A stretch of 63,284 nucleotides of DNA, filler included, from Basidiobolus ranarum (lineage: Eukaryota): NCBI GenBank assembly GCA_040143965.1. It is 31 parts of 31 records of this genome, joined end to end, with 100 filler letters (N's around TTAATTAATTAA, not from the genome) between each part and the next. Parts side by side here need not be neighbours in the genome. Positions count along the whole stretch, not along the records: positions 61,348 to 63,284 come from JASJQH010004054.1; 30 more parts are not named here. The stretch is one strand, 5' to 3'. The notes below the pieces were generated by a model. The model ran no database searches, had not been told where the DNA came from, and saw only the letters and a program-made list of their open reading frames with translations. How positions within the stretch are numbered: position 1 is the stretch's first letter; each line of letters starts with the position of its first letter. Below, piece by piece: positions 62,286 to 63,284 of this stretch. Made by a program: the position numbers and the translations under genes.

Positions 62286-62559
62286 ATTTAGCATATACAT
62301 CAATATGGCTCAAAGTGGAATGCATTATGCTTGATCACACTATAGGAAATTAACTTTGACATTTTACCAATAATATAAAACAATCCCTAATTCTGATTGA
62401 AACCAATAAAGTCTAACATCATAGATATATATGGTAGTTACATATCATGTCAAAACAGATACTTCCTGATTCATAACCTGCTTTGGTACAGGAAACCACC
62501 ACTTCCAAAACTTTGTGCATGTAGTTTAATGAAGGTGTGGGAGGTGCAAAGCAGCACAC

Positions 62560-63284
62560 ACCTAATGAGTTTACAGATGCCCAGGTATCCACTATGAATT
62601 CTTGCTTGGATATATGGGAGTTATAGATAAACTTGACAGAAGCTGGTGATGGGGGCATCAGACAAAAGTGGAAGCAACTCTTCACTCTGCTTAGGAGACA
62701 ATACTATGTCTTTGTGCCTTCATAAGTTAGCACAAAAATATACAATATGACTCATGAGGATAGAAAGTGTGAATTGAGAAATAGGAATTTTGATTTTGAG
62801 TCTGCAAAGACACTATTCCAATTGCATTTTTGCTTGTATGGACCAGAAGCAACCATTGCTGCCTCAATTTTAGAGGCAAAAGATGTTCAAGATAGATATC
62901 TATCACCACTCAATGAGACTTTGCAGCAGCTGTGGATGGAGGTTGCAGAGTTTAAAACAATATTTCAGGACACTATGGCAAGAGTAATCAAGAGAGGTTT
63001 AAAGCACAAAGCAAGACAATTTATTGAATCAGAAGATATTTCCAAAGGCAAATTGGAGCAGTCTAGACCATTACAGAGACATACTGGATCACTCCAAATT
63101 AAAGAGACTCCTGAAAAGGTGTCTATTTCACAAGAAGAATCAACACAACTCACCACTAGAATCAAGGTACCACCTCCAACAAGGGCAAGAGCCCAACAAG
63201 TTGGTTCATCAGCTAGTAGTACACATTGACAGCAATGCCAGCCTGGAAGAGTCTGTGATGTTTCTCCCATTTTTGATGAAGAGC
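62560..63284 (+). pseudogene. RGACTTGTTC-family long ORF, upstream part, decayed
   Basis: GGIRQKWKQLFTLLRRQYY, then ORF 62747-63229; overlaps 38910 onward. Confidence 0.55.

Overview
This window is not one locus. It is 31 short contigs sorted by size (1954 down to 1937 bp) and joined by 30 artificial 100-bp spacers (N44-TTAATTAATTAA-N44), so adjacency across spacers means nothing. The DNA is eukaryotic and fungal (short GT-AG introns, fungal gene and TE families); an early-diverging fungus is a tentative guess. About 27 contigs are decayed, nested, strongly CpG-depleted transposons. These include at least four Ty1/Copia LTR families, a chromodomain Gypsy, a second Gypsy with an FVDD motif, a high-copy CACTA/EnSpm-related DNA transposon with CCCTAACA termini and two head-to-head genes, and an RGACTTGTTC-ended TIR family with a 182-bp MITE. 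Four contigs with normal CpG look like host sequence: three carry genes (NAA38/MAK31, a C2H2 transcription factor, a GT49 LARGE-like glycosyltransferase, an S1/P1 nuclease) and one holds only a possible gene 3' end. The highlight is a miniature non-coding LTR retroelement (TRIM) at 47080-47561, with another LTR copy at 1736-1954. Its 284-bp LTRs each contain a tRNA-like cloverleaf with Pol III A/B boxes, and they flank only 51 bp holding a half-tRNA(iMet) primer site and a polypurine tract. The primer site is identical to that of two Copia families in this window. All coordinates and alignments were done by eye.
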